From Octopus sinensis (lineage: Eukaryota), in NCBI RefSeq assembly GCF_006345805.1, contig NC_043008.1, positions 30,876,001-30,940,000 on the forward strand: 64,000 nt of DNA, in the 5' to 3' direction. The position numbers were made by a program, and so were the translations under genes. Shown here one piece after another: positions 1 to 13,960 of the stretch (position 1 is the first letter of the stretch; each line of letters begins with the position of its first letter). The notes under the pieces were generated by a model that worked only from the letters and a program-made list of their open reading frames with translations, did no database searches and was not told the origin of the DNA.

Positions 1-250
1 TACTCTTAAGAATTGTTGTAGAGCTACCTTATCCGTGACTTTCTTATTTGACTTTCTTAGGGCTCTCTTGTACCTATCGACAAATCGTTCTGCTTGTCCG
101 TTAGATCTGGGATGGTATGATGCCATAGTTACATGTTCTGCAGCGAACGTTTTATAAGACCTTTTAAACTCAAAAGACAATTTGCGTCTCATTGTCAGAT
201 ACTATCGTGTCTGGGACGCCAAATCTCGCGAACAACTCATGCAGAAAGTT
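1..250 (-). mobile_element. Ty3/Gypsy LTR retrotransposon integrase core remnant (one frameshift)
   Basis: Manual minus-strand translation: NFLHELFARFGVPDTIVSDNETQ / FEFKRSYKTFAAEHVTMASYHPRSNGQAERFVDRYKRALRK, matching the retroviral-type integrase SDN...YHPxSNGxAER motifs; runs off the window start. Confidence 0.85.
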
Positions 251-464
251 TGTCGTTGTTGAGGAGGTTAGAAGCCACTAGTTGGACCGAGGCTATAGTG
301 GAAGATACATCCTCAAGATGTTGTGAAGTAGTAATTAACCGAAACCACGTGATTGCAAAGCAAGCTTACCCATACATGGAAGTCAGCGTCTTCAGGTCAT
401 CGATTTTTGCCACCTGCAAGGTAAAGGTGATACAGCACGATTCCAATGACGTCGTGATTGTTGC

Positions 465-655
465 CTCCACAGCGCCCAAAACGAAAATCTATAACCCAGA
501 GTATCTAGTCTCACGCTTTTATAATTCTATTTATTTCACTTCTCGGTACGAGAACCGTTTTTTTTCTTATCGATCCCGATAAGAATAACAGGTAAAGTGG
601 ACCGCAGCAAACTTGTAATAAAACTGAAACGTATGACTCTATCGCTAATAGCTCC
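465..655 (-). mobile_element. Possible LTR plus primer-binding-site-like segment of the same Gypsy element
   Basis: Minus strand starts TG, contains AATAAA, and is followed by TGGGCGCTGTGG (PBS-like) upstream of the integrase remnant; no second LTR in the window to confirm. Confidence 0.3.
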
Positions 656-783
656 ACCTGCCCTGATCACATATACACACACATACAAATAGTATTGATA
701 TGATGGATCAAGGGCAGCCTTTGACATATTCTACTCGAAAACTATTTATACGGTATTATTTATAGTTTCAAGATCCAGGTCCA

Positions 784-1189
784 AGGAGTTGTTGTGTGAT
801 AAGTAGCTTGTTTACCAACCACATGGTTCCGGATTCAGTCCCACTGCGTGACACTTTGGGAAAATGTCTTCTACTATAACCTCAAGCCAACCAAAGCCTT
901 GTGAGTGGATTTGGTAGACGGAAACTGAAAGAAACCCGTCGTATATATGTATATATATATGTATGTGTGCATATGTTTGTGTGTCTGTGTTTGTCCCCCC
1001 AATATCGCTTGACAATCTATGCTGGTGTGTTTACGTCCCCGTAACTTAGTGGTTCAGCAAAAGAGACCGATAGAATAAGTACTAAGTTTACAAAGAATAA
1101 GTCCTGGGGGTCGATTTGCTCGACTAAAGGCGGTGCTCCAGCATGGCTGCAGTCAAATGACTGAAACAAGTAAAAGAGAGAAAAGAGAG
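784..1189 (+). mobile_element. SINE family A (tRNA-like head, internal TA/TG microsatellite, AAAAGAG tail)
   Basis: Near-identical copies elsewhere in the window (17907-18376, 38776-39185, 50751-51122, 56930-57340); B-box-like GGATTCAGTCC. Confidence 0.85.
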
Positions 1190-1210
1190 ATACATGCATA
1201 TACACACACA

Positions 1211-1312
<102 letters not shown>

Positions 1313-1522
1313 ATATATACATATATATTTACATACATACATCATTTAATATATACAATATAAAGCCACATGCTACTAAGAGTTTCGTGTTTTAGAGAGA
1401 GGGACCTAGGCTGGTTTTGCCTGTAAATTAAAAACCATTAGCAGCTTGTATCTTTATAATGTGTGCATTAGATCATATTTATCTCTCTCTGGATGTCGTA
1501 CTTTTTTCTATTGCTCTTACCT

Positions 1523-2030
1523 TAACGGGACAGTAAATTATATAGATAGATATAGACATAAATGCATACACACACATATATATGTAAAATGACTATGATT
1601 ATATATTATTTATATAATAATATATGCTCCATTTAAAGCGATTAAGCATAAAAAACTGACTGAAAAAAAAGGTGGGCCAAACCACTGGAAATTGAACACG
1701 GTATCAATGCTTAACGTGATCCCGTACGCACCCAATTCAGCCACATAATCCACCCAGCAATTACAGACAATTTTAATGCATAGGCAATTTTAGTCTAACA
1801 TATGTATTTATAAATTTGTAACGGAGCCATGTCAGCATTGATGTCGTGTTCAGTACCCAGTGGTTCGGCCCATTTCTTTTTCTATCAATTATTTAGATTT
1901 AACCACTCTAAATTGTATATATATCATTATATAATAATATATAGTTATTATTAAAAAGGACATATGTGTGTCGCTCTTGTCCACAATTTACTGTCTTCGA
2001 GTTTGTTTACAAATTTATAAATATGTATAT
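1523..2030. repeat. Old interlocked inverted-repeat cassette
   Basis: 1663-1711 pairs with 1834-1881, and weaker pairing extends 1529-1660 against 1882-1995; 1797-1822 pairs with 2005-2030; TAACGG at 1523-1528 and 1819-1824. Confidence 0.65.
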
Positions 2031-3419
2031 ATATATACGCCTAAGTGTCGAACAATGAAAATGAATGCTCAACACCACATTGGTGGATAGAATTTCTTTA
2101 TTTGTATATAAAGGCTACCATTGGTTTCATGTTAAGAATAAAGAAATATCTTAATAAATTAACAATTTTTCAAGCAGATCACACGGATAAATGGTGTTCG
2201 TCTCCATTTTGGATAGAAATATATGTTTGTGAGTGTATGTGCGATACACATATACCCTGTGAAAATATCCTTACTATATACAGACACATTCGAAATAACA
2301 TCATCTTGATTCTTATAGTCACAGCGTTTCGATCGTTATGCGTTCTTCGGGCGACCCAACGTATTCGGTATTGTTGTCGACTTTTTGAACCGAATCATTT
2401 ATTTATTTAGGATGTCGACTTTTTCCACTTTCGTATTAATTATCCTGCTCGGGATTTCACTTTCACTTTCTGCTTGAATCATTATTGTATATTGCTTCAT
2501 TGAGTCAGAAATTAAACTCACACCCACTAGTTAAAATACTACACTTAACACTTAATCAACAGATTTTATATTTAATATTCTATTGTCCTGAAAGGGAAAT
2601 TAGGAGCTTTAAATCACTGGGCCAGGCAAAGATTACATACTCTGATTCAAGCGGAACAAGCAAGCGACATCATAAGTAGGAAAATGGATGGCTTTCCTTT
2701 TTCTGATAACCTGAATCTCTCGCTCCGGTTCGCTTGTTTCATGCATTGTTTACCAAGGTGCTTCCATTGTCGCAAAAAATGTTTTCCTAGAGTTGCTTCC
2801 TGTTTTGCTATGGTTCGGTGAATTCGTGTCCTGTTATTATTGAAATATCATTTTCGGTGTTTTGTTTGTAAAAACCATATTCCTCTCTCTCTCCCTCTCC
2901 CTCTTTCACTTTTTCTTTCTTTCTCTCATTCTCTTTTTCACTCTCTCCCTCTCTGTATGCATGTATGTATGTATGTATGTATGTATGTATGTATGTATGT
3001 ATGTATGTATGCATATACATGCACACATACACAGACATGTATATACCCAGTTGCACGCTTGTGTGAACGCATGCATCAAAGCATATGTGTGTGTATTGAA
3101 ATGTTCTGTTTGCCTGTGAACAATGCAAATGTAAGTTACATTTCGGTGCATATATATTTATGCATGTGCGTATATATGCTAATCTTCCTGAATGTCAATG
3201 CGCGTGCGTGTGCATGTCTATCTTTGCATTGACGCGTATTTATATATTTAGGTATGCGTATTTATAGCAAAACTTTTATGGTCTTATATCTGTATAAAAG
3301 GTATACATTCAAATATAGGAACATCCCTGTATATTCACGCATACTCACATATGTGGATGTATGCATAATGCGTATTTGCTTACGGACTGGTATACACACA
3401 TATGTGTGTGTATACATAA

Positions 3420-3464
<45 letters not shown>

Positions 3465-4471
3465 CTTCATATATATATATATATATATTCTTATATATAT
3501 ATACATATATAAATACATGTATATAGATATGTGTGCATCTTTATGCGCGTGCGTGCTTTCGTATGCGTTTTTATCCATATACACATATATAGATATTTTT
3601 ATGCAAACAAAAGGATTTTAAATCCCACACGTAATTCGTTGTTTTCAGTCGCTAACCTTCAACATACTTTTATAGATATATGAGTGTGTGCATGCATGTG
3701 AGCATAAGTATATAAATATGGATTCTTGCACAAGTATGTATATGATTATATTTAAATATACATATATACATCTACATGTATATGTGTATATGCAAAAGAA
3801 TCAAAAGAATCAATTTTAAAAAACCATTCTAAACAAGCAAAACAACTTGAGAAGAATGATATTAAACAAGTGACCTGAGGCGCAATAAACATGAGGTCAC
3901 AAATACCTTAAATATAAACCATCGAACCTTAGCTAACAAAAATAACAATCCTAGAGAGCAGTTTTAACTGACAAGATATGAAGCAAGCCAACCGAATTCA
4001 GAATGGCATATTATCAGAATTAGAACAAACATTATACCTTAAAGTGACTAAAGAGCCGAGAATTTCGGGCAGAACCGCATTCTGCCGGTTAAAAATATGC
4101 ATGTGTATATGTATTTATATGTGTGCGTATCTGTCTTTCTGTCTGTCTGTCTATCTGTATGTATGTATGTATGTATGTATGTATGTATATACATAGATAC
4201 ATTCAGACAGATATATAATATGTAATTGTAAGATTCAAAGATCTAGATGTTGGAAGTTAGTAAAATTCGAGTAGTCCGTGGTAGGTATATAAAACACTTT
4301 CGGGAACAATAATAGTCTATTGGTGAAGAAGGTTGCAGGCTTTCTCATATCGAAGTTCGATAAGGTTAAAAAGTTGTTTTTTATAGCTTACGGTTAGCAA
4401 CTAGAAGACAACTGCCCACTCTTATATTTTAACCTTTTCCGTCTTTTCTATTACCGATCATTTTATTTCTA

Positions 4472-4532
<61 letters not shown>

Positions 4533-5569
4533 TATGTTTGTGTATGCATTACATTGATAAGCATGTTGCATTCAGTTTTGTACACACACAGCACATATCA
4601 CTGCACACTTTATGTACAGTGTATATGTAGTGCACATAGTTGGACCGTGTGCCTGAATATTTTATAACTAGCTTCATCTCTCACCTCTACAGCCTGCTGA
4701 CTATTTCTATCAATCTCACTCACCTATATACAGTTCCTCACTCCACACACTAACCTCCTATTACTTTAATATTCTCTATCGCTCATCACTGTCATATTTT
4801 ACTTTACAGTTCTCCGCTACTCTCTTATTGATTTCTATTCTCTGGAATATTCTTTTACCATTTCCTTTCCCTCCTTCGCTCTTTATCTCGTGCATTCACC
4901 TGTCTGCCAGTGTTCATGTGTAGTTGTTGTCCATACTTTATTTTTTGCTTTATGTTCATGATACTTAATTCAATGCTATGTTATACAGCGTTTTATGAAT
5001 ACTTTGAAATGCATAGTATACTATCATTTAATAGATATTCAATATTAGCCACGCAATACTAAGATTATACCCCAACTAAAAAGCGATACACCGTAATTTT
5101 CAAGTGCATTATACAATCTTCAAATCTCACTGGAACGGACTCTTACCATCTCCCGTTTCACTTTACTTCTGTATTGTTACAAACGTTTCCTTTCTGCCAT
5201 CCCTTCTTTACGCTTTACAGCATTACCCATCTTTCTCATTGCGTTCTATTTCCACCACCAACCGCTTGTTTTCCTTCTCTCCTCACATCATGCACACATA
5301 CGCACACACAAATATCACAAATGCACACATACATACACATACGCAAATGCACACACCACACTTCTCTTCATTCGCAATTTTGAAACTAAAGCAACAAAAC
5401 TTCTGTACACTCTTCGTCTTAGAATGAAAGATAATGCCCACAAAGTTAAATTCTTTTTCTCAAGACAAATTATCGAACTATACCATGAATATTATGAGCG
5501 TATGGATGCATGTACTCATGCGTGCATGCAGGTATGCTCATGTGTATGTGGGTGTGTTTGTGAATGTCT

Positions 5570-5617
<48 letters not shown>

Positions 5618-5949
5618 CTGTGTATGTCTGTGTGCGTGTAAGCAGTTATATCTGAGTATTTAAAAACGCTCGCAGTCGCGGTATATTGTGGCCATGTGCT
5701 TGCCATTGTAACATTCTGACCAAGCATTGTATAAGATGACGTTGGGTCGGCAGAAACCGTATGAAAACCCTCAGATGAGCTTCACATGTATTTCAAACAT
5801 TGTGCCACGCAGATTCGCATTGAAATTATATAAAGTACACACGTTTCTTTGAAATTTTCAGTGACATAGACACCATACACACATCGAGCAGCTGAAATCT
5901 CATCGTCTAACTGTGTGTATCAATAAAGTCCCTATCAATTTTAATGAAG

Positions 5950-6470
5950 CACTAAAACTATAAAAAATTCCATTATGCAATGAAAGTTGAATAACACTGA
6001 AGTTCCAGACACAGGTTCGTTATGACAGCCATCAGTATTCGTGCGCAGCATATCGTGACACACATTCTGGAATATCTGCAGCGTTATGTCATTTTTAATA
6101 TTCTGAATAGCTTTACGTAAATGATCCAATGACGTAGCCATGGTTCAGAAGACTTGCGATTTGATAAAATTTCTTCTAAAGATTCAAAAATGTTTTAAAT
6201 CTAGCTATCTAGCTGACTAAGATTTGCTAATCTAACATCCAAGTCATCAATTTGGAAAGCATTAATGCAAGAAATCCTAATCAGTTTTAGCGTAAAGATA
6301 AAAGGCCTTACTTTGTTGAAAAGCCACAGTACATATGATCTCTTCTCTTGTTAATTAAGGTCTGATGGTATTGTTACACACACGTCAAGGGAAATTTATC
6401 TTGTAACTATGGCTTTGTGGAAGAAAAAGAGTCCATATTCGAGGTGAACTCCAGATGTTTTGGACACAAA
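5950..6470 (-). mobile_element. Tc1/mariner-superfamily transposase fossil (C-terminal half)
   Basis: Degenerate LWLFQQ (cf. WFQQDGA) and TSLDHLRKAIQNIKNDITLQIFQNVCHDM (cf. TLxELKxAIxxEIxxIxxxMxxRV). Confidence 0.5.
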
Positions 6471-6639
6471 TTTTAGGAGAATCAGTTATAATAGTACTAG
6501 ATTATTGTAATTTTTTTTAGTGTTGTTACGAAACATCTAATAAGTAGACCTGATAACTGTTATTATTCCAGATTGTGAGAGGCGGCTCTACCAGCACTTT
6601 GAACATACCCTACTAAACACTACCAATAGCAGATGACTA

Positions 6640-7304
6640 GTTTGCAGGATGCAGTCGGGGGATAAGACAATTTCGAAACTCGCTATGCAAACAAAAATTG
6701 TTTTGAAACAAGAAACAAACGCTACAGAAGCTTATAAAATGCACCAGACTGCTTATGGAGTACTTATATGAGCTTAGCAGCTGTTTTTTACTGACACAAA
6801 AGGCCAGACGAAGTAAGTTTCCGGAAAGCTCATGATTATCCCGTTTTTCGACAGCAAAGCCATCTTTTCATCCACTGTATTCCTCTTGCCAGACGGTCAA
6901 CAGAGGGTGCTTAGTAAAGGTTTGGGGGCGATTTCATCGCAAAACACCTGAGCACCTGCACGCTGACAATACTCCAATCCACAGTTCCGTCCTGGTAGAC
7001 AACTACTTGACAAAGGTGGCTTCAAAACTGTCGCTCATCCAACTCTTAAGTGCAGACCTTGTTCCCTGTGACTTTTGATTATTACCACAGCTGAAGGGCA
7101 AGATGACAGACACTATGACAAGGATCTTGTACACTGTTATTTTGGAGGACTTCCACGGGGCCTTCACAACGTGGCTGGAGGCTAAATGAAAAGCATTGAA
7201 GCCAGAGGAGCGGATCCCACTCTGAAGATTAGAGTTTTGTATTTCTTTGAATTTAATAAATGTCTCTCCTGAAAATCCCCAAAACTTCTGGAATGCACCT
7301 TCTA
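6640..7304 (+). mobile_element. Mariner transposon fossil, internally deleted
   Basis: Broken frames give NATEAYKMHQTAYG, KLMIIPFFDSK, LHADNTPIHSS, ADLVPCDF, LEDFHGAFTTWLE; ends in TIR-like AAAACTTCTGGAATGCACCTTCTA. Confidence 0.75.
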
Positions 7305-7654
7305 TCTTACACTTTATCATATACATCGCGACATAAATCTTAGACAAGTGATAGACAAAGTCTTGTGCACCTCATCTTCACAAACACAACAATTGTGGTG
7401 GTTTATTTCGCCACACTTATGAAACATTGATTCTTCACTAAAGCATGTGTTGTTCATTTAGTATTCAGTTGGGATAAGTCATAAAAAAAAGGGAAACTAT
7501 CATCCTCATGTGAGTCGTCTAAAACTTGCAAACGATAACTACATCTTCCTTTGAATTCATTCTCGGGGTCTATAAAGGAAACATATACAAATTAACATTA
7601 AAATTTTACAGATACACTGTATATTGATTTTATACAAGACACAGCATCATAAAT

Positions 7655-7830
7655 ATTGGAGAGGGGTTATAGTTGATAATATTGATCGAAGAACTTATTT
7701 TATCGTACCCGGAAGGATGAAAGCAAAGTTGACCTGGAAGAAATTTGAACTCAGAATCTATAAAAATGTAACTAAATACCGTAAAGAATTTCGATAGACG
7801 ATTTACCGATTCCTGCTGTCCCCGCCCTCG
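7655..7830 (-). mobile_element. SINE family B, diverged copy
   Basis: Reverse complement of the TTCTGAGTTCAAATT...GTCGACTTTGCCTTTCATCC consensus seen in other copies. Confidence 0.6.
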
Positions 7831-8594
7831 TAAGGTTAATTATTAATTATTGGTAATGGTTCGTGTACATACTTAAAAACATAAAAGGGTGTATAAGCAG
7901 TAATTTCTGTATGCGTGTGTGGTGTGCATACATGCATAAAGTTATAGTCTTGAAACCAATAGACCATACAAACTGATTCAATACACAAAGGCAGAAAAAA
8001 ATAAACAACTAACCATAGGACTTATGTGTGCATGTATATACATGTATGTATATGTGTGTACATGGGTGTTTATATATTATATGAATATATAATTGTATGT
8101 AATTATATATAATCATATTGCATTATATTATGTAATTATATATGAATATATAATTCAATGTATATGTATATTTATATAAAAAGTGTTAATTCAGAAATTA
8201 ATTAGGTCACAGTATTGTTATCTCAATTTAACAATAATTATGACGACGGCAACGACCAGCAAAGCAACAGGCCTTGGTGGTGGTTGTGGTGGTGTGGTAG
8301 TGTGGTGGTGGTGTGGTAGTGTGGTGATGGTGGTGTGGGGGGGCTAGAGAGGCGTTGTCATGATGACGAGGAGGAGGATGTGGAAGAAAAGTGCCGGAGG
8401 GTGGAGGAGGAAGAAGAAAAAGAAGAGGAGAAGGAGGGGAAGAGGAGGAGAGGGTGGGGAAGGGGAGGATAGGAGGAGGAGGTGGAGGAGGAAGAAAAGG
8501 AGAGGAAGAGGAGGAGAAGGAGGGGAAGGCGGAGTAGGTGTTGGTGGCGGTGGTAGAGCAGATCGTAAAAGGTGAGTTCAAAAATATGCCAAAA

Positions 8595-8733
8595 TTTTTT
8601 ACTAAAAGTTCAGGATGTTAAACTCCTTAATTGTCCCGTTGTCTGTGATTTGAGTTTCTTATAGAACATTGCTTTATAGTTTTTTAATAGGAACCAGAAA
8701 AGATGTAAGCACACGCACCAACCACACCAATAG

Positions 8734-8764
<31 letters not shown>

Positions 8765-8945
8765 GATATATACATGTGTGTGTGCTATATATGTTATATA
8801 TGCATATAACGTGTGTGTGTGTTTACATATGGGTAATGTTTCCATTTAAAAATCAACCAATAAACCATCAGCTTATAAGAAACTCTAATTACAAACAGTT
8901 TCAGAACAATCACGGGGTGTAACATCCTGAACTTTCAGAAAAAGT
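8595..8945. repeat. ~350 bp diverged palindrome (fold-back / MITE-like)
   Basis: AAAAGTTCAGGATGTTA...GAGTTTCTTATAG (8604-8664) is mirrored at 8872-8936; weaker pairing continues inward to ~8718/8810 around a (TA)n loop. Confidence 0.65.
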
Positions 8946-9264
8946 AAAGTCCGGTATATATTTACTACACTTTTTACGATCTCATCTTCATCATCACAAC
9001 AATCATCATTTCCACCATCACCGTTACCATTATCATGAACATCATCATTTTTGTTATTAGTATTATTAGATGCAGCATGTACGTATACACACGGACAAAT
9101 GCATGCACACATATGTGCATGTGTATCTATGTATGCTTCAAAGCATGTGTGAGCGTATGTTAATCTTAATATCACTCTTGTATTCTATCCACCGTTTTGT
9201 AATTAACTCGTCACATATGAGAATGAATGCACTAACATAAGCGTAAAGATACGTGACATATACC

Positions 9265-9296
<32 letters not shown>

Positions 9297-9309
9297 ATAT
9301 ATAATATAT

Positions 9310-9341
<32 letters not shown>

Positions 9342-10648
9342 CATACATATATATGTAGGTAGGTATGTATGCATGTATATGAACAAGCGTGAATATATAC
9401 AAGTGAATGTATGCGTATATAAATTTACATATATTGCGTGCACAAGAATCATACATCTATGTGTGTGCATATGTGTGTCTGTGTGTGTCTGTGTGTGTGT
9501 GTGTGTGTAAATATAGTATGCTGTTGCAAGTTTGTAAATCCATGCTTTGTAATTTTCCTGCCGTCAAAACTCATCTAAGTGCATTGAAGCATGAAATGAA
9601 AGTCAGTTTACCAAAAACAGAAGAATATAGGATAGGAATTCTCTCTTATAGAAATGCTTAACCTGAAGAATGGTGAGAGCTTTGTTGTTTTCTATAGTCT
9701 GCAGTTTAGGAGAATGTTTGTATTCTTGCTGTTGTTTGTGTTGCTGATGACGGCTTTGTTGTTGTTGTTGTCGGTGGTGGTGGTGGTGGTGGTGATAGTG
9801 GTGGTTTTAGTGGTGGTGGTGGTGGAGGTGGTGGTGAAGATAATGACAATGATATGATAATGGTGATGGTGATGATGATGATAATCATGGTGCTGCTGCT
9901 GCTGATGATGATCATGATCATGATCATGATGATGACGATGATGTATGTGAGAAGATGAGGAAGATGGCGTTGATGGTATTTTTACAATTTCATCGATTTG
10001 AACGCCGAAAGCGTCTGTTTGATAATGAATAAAACATTTCCCCTGTGAGTGCAAATGCAATGTTGTTTGCGCGAGCGCGTGTGTGTATGTGTGTGCGCGT
10101 GTGCACGTGTGTATGTGTGTGCACGCCAGCGCTGTATGTGTTTATTTGTGTGCGTATTGCTTTCTGTCTCTGCACGTACAGTGTTTGCATCTGTATTCGT
10201 GAGTGTGCGTTTGATGTGTTGATACGCCTATGTGAGTGCGTCTAAGTTATGTGTCTACATACGTGAATATCCCTGTTGCGAGTGATTCTGTCTGTATCTA
10301 TATATATATATCCGTGTATATGTGCGTATGTATCAGATTGTCTCTGTATGCCTGTGAGTGTAGGGGGTATGTATATATGCCTATGCATCAATGTGTATGT
10401 GGGAGTGTATGAGCGTGTGTTTGCATAGCGGTTTGGGTCAGTGCACGATCTTTGACTTGTAGTCACTAGTTCTTTCTTGTCGGTTTCGCTTTGATATTTC
10501 CTTGTGTAATTGTCTCATGCTGATCTTCGTGCTGTTGCTATTTATCTTCTTTCCTTCTATCAGCCTTCTTTTTTTCTTCTTCTTCTCTTTATTACTTCTT
10601 TCCTTCTTCTTCTCTTTCTTCGTCATCTTATTAGTATTATCAGCATCA

Positions 10649-10750
<102 letters not shown>

Positions 10751-11184
10751 CTATTACTATTACTACTATTAGTAGTAGTATAACTTCTACTATCATTACT
10801 ACTGCTATTTTTGTTATTAATTTTCTTCTTTTTTCCCTCGATTTCTTCTCCTTTTGTTTTCTAGCTTTCTTCATACCACCTCCTCCTTTTTCATCTGCCT
10901 TCTTGACGATGTTCTTTCTCTTGTTTATTCTATCGCTGCCATTGCTGCTGATGCAATTGCCTTTGCTAGCTACACTATGGTGTTTTTGTTTCAGTTTTTG
11001 AAGTTGGTTGATGGTGGCAGCAGAATAATCAGAATCGGTAATGCACCTGATAAAGTAACTTGTTCAAGCCAATGAAAGAGATCTGGCACTCGCTTGAGAT
11101 GCTAGATATAACAGCTAATTATTTTCAAAATCACAGCTGTTTTCAGATATTCGAAAGTATCAAACAAGGCAGGAAGTCACTTTG

Positions 11185-11650
11185 TATAAGGAATTAGGGA
11201 GATGGATAAATTAAGACGAAAGGAATTAATTTTCGTTAGTCTTCCAAGAGTTCAGGCCATAAGAAGGAGGAAAATAATGATCTGGGAGAGAGTTCCAAAA
11301 TCTGGCAGTTTGAGAGAAAAACCACCATTATTTGTGGAAGCACAAAAGCATTTCGATGAAGACACTGTAAGTTTCAAGTTAAGGGAGATATAAGGAATAA
11401 CTTATTGCTGGATCCACTCTTTCTAAGAAACAAAGATATGATAGTCATTGCTTGAACGCTTTTATTCATAGTTTTCCGAAATCAGGCTTTCGCTTTATGC
11501 TAAAAAAATAATTACAGCAGCTTCGAATATTTGATTATGTTCCTTTATTTTCTGAGTTGATAAATACCGAAGTTGGCTTCCACCTTTTATTCTTGGCGAA
11601 ACCAATTAAAAATAAGTGCCATTCAACAGCAGAGACCAATTTAAGGAATA
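11185..11650 (-). mobile_element. CR1/L2-like LINE ORF2 C-terminal fossil
   Basis: Minus frame reads FFSQTARFWNSLPDHYFPPSYGLNSWK, resembling the FFxRTxxxWNSLP...YxLxxFK terminus of CR1-group ORF2. Confidence 0.45.
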
Positions 11651-12651
11651 ATACTTTTCCTTCAAAATGTCTGGAATCGTGCCTATATTAATAACTACTT
11701 GCAATACTTAAAGTTAATACAATTACTTAATACAATGTGTTTGTTAAATTGTTTAAAAAGATGATGACAGTCTTCAGTTGGCCTAGTATTGTTGCTTCTC
11801 TCAATGTCATGGCTTCTGACATTTCAGAAGATTGCTCAAAAAACCTCAAAAACATATTCCAGTCACATAACCTACGACAGTTTCCTTAAACAGAAATGCT
11901 CTTTTGAAAAGTTAGCTCTCTAGATAGAAAGCTGCAGCCTGCAACTCGGAGCATGAATACAAACATACGATATACAGATATTCACTGTTACATATTAAGA
12001 TTATTAGTGTCGTTCATATTAAAAATGGTAAAATTTTGTAATGAAAAGACAAGGCACCAAAAAATGTGACTTATTTCTTTTTATATATTTCTACTTCTAT
12101 GTTCTGATTTCAAATCGCAGCAATGCTGCATAGATGCATGATACGAGGAAACTGACGGCTTCTTTCTCTCACAAAGGTCCAGCCTGGGTGCGAAGACTTT
12201 CTCCTCAATATAGGCTTTCTAATGCACTGTAGTGTTTGACATATATGTGGTGCCTTTCCCATGAGATGTGTCCTTGACATAATTGTTTATACTTTCAAAG
12301 ACTTTAAAAATAAGTCAGTTACTTGGGTTAATATACTCGACTATTATCCATAAACTAGCAATCTTCTTAGATGCAAATCCCTTTAAATTCTGAGTTCTAA
12401 TATGGTCGATTTGGATTTTACTTTTCATTCTAATGGCTTGGATAAAATCGATTTTTATCGACTGTGTCAACCCACAAAATCTCTGATCTTGTGTGCAAAC
12501 TAGAAACAGATAAGTATACTCCTTCACAAGATCACCTGAGAAAATTCTACCAGGTCTTGCTCAAGTCTTTTTACTTTCTGTGTGCGAATCACTTCGACAG
12601 CATCTTCACTTCTTTTCTCCTTTCGATCATGCACAAATGAATCCATTTTCG

Positions 12652-12982
12652 TTCTGATTTCAAACGACGCCGAGATCGAATTCGCTTTTCATCCTTTCAG
12701 TGTTCGATGGAAAATTTCCCGCCTTATGCCTATAGTAGAAAGGAATATTATTGCCATTTCTAAGGCGGTGAGCTGGCAGAATCGTTACCACGCCGCACAA
12801 AATGCTAAGTGACATTTCGTTCGTCTTTGCATTCTGAGTTCAAATGCTGCTGAGGTCGACTTTGCCTTTCATCCTTTCGGAATCGATAATTTATGTACCA
12901 GTTGAGCATTAGGGTAGATATAATCGACTAGCCTCTTTCCCCAAAATTTCAGGTCTCGTGCTTGTAGTGGAAAGGATTATTG
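12652..12982 (+). mobile_element. Two head-to-tail SINE family B copies (first 5'-truncated)
   Basis: AAGGCGGTGAGCTGGCAGAATCGTTA...GTAGTGGAAAGGATTATT at 12762-12982, preceded by a partial copy ending GTAGAAAGGAATATTATT. Confidence 0.85.
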
Positions 12983-13439
12983 TTCTCCTTTCTAAGTGGT
13001 TATTTTCTTGTTTTAATTGTTTTTGCGCTACTGTTCATCATCGAGGCTATTTTAACATAAATTCCTAAATTATGTTTGCCGTGAGATCTGTATGACTAAC
13101 TGGCAATCCATGGTTGCCTCTAGTCACCAAGTAAACCGAAATGTTAAATATATTTCTAATACGTATCTACTGTGAAAGAAACGTCTAAATGTGTACAGGC
13201 ATCATTGCTTTTTAGTATCATTTTTACAGATAAATTGAGGGTAAGGACAAACTATTGAGAGAATAGTATAATCGTTTATATAATTCTTTAATCAGTGTAC
13301 TTTAAACAAAATATAATTCGATGCTTGAGAACGCCAATCCCAAACTTCGATATAATTTTTAAAATATGTAAATTTAAAGATTATTCCCTGCAATGCACTC
13401 ATACAAAAGTATCTAACAGCTCCTAAAATGCTATCAAGC

Positions 13440-13960
13440 AAGCAGTCAGACAGTCAAGCCTATGAAGTGTGTGACAACAATACTTCCAGAACCTTCCACT
13501 CTCTCTTTTCAACCTCTACAAAACATACAAAGAATCTCATACGCTAATGACATCGTACTTAAATCCTACCATTATTTAAGTGCGATGTCATTACCATAAA
13601 ACTACTTGAGACCTGAGTAAATCATGTAGAAATCTAATTCCACAATCGTAGACTAAGTAACACGTACCAAATCCACTGTCTCTTCAGCGACACTAGGGTA
13701 TATGCAACGAAACCTCCATAAACATAAACAATTCACGCAGGTAAAAAACGAAATTACGAGTTACATACCACTCCTCAAAAGTATTTACAATATTGTTAAC
13801 GTGCATAAAAGACATAATGTCGGATGTACAACCACGCACATCAAGCAATTACAGTGCCACAGTTAAACAAGTGAAAGAAACAATAACAATGGCAAAAACA
13901 CATTAGTTCCATCCTGAAGTATCTAGGTCTCTCTTGGTTCTGGCAAACTCACCACAACAA
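13440..13960 (+). mobile_element. Jockey/I-like LINE reverse transcriptase fossil
   Basis: Broken frames give PLSLFNLY, ISYANDIVL (YADD-like), TKST and ILKYLG in the expected order. Confidence 0.4.

Noticed and set aside
133-582. 149-aa plus-strand ORF
   Set aside because: Antisense read-through across the Gypsy integrase remnant, a SINE fragment and LTR-like sequence.
2318-2355. Hammerhead-like fold on the minus strand (GUCGC-CCGAAGA...GAAACGCU-GUGAC)
   Set aside because: U4 is changed, stem II is weak and no NUH triplet fits; at best a dead copy.
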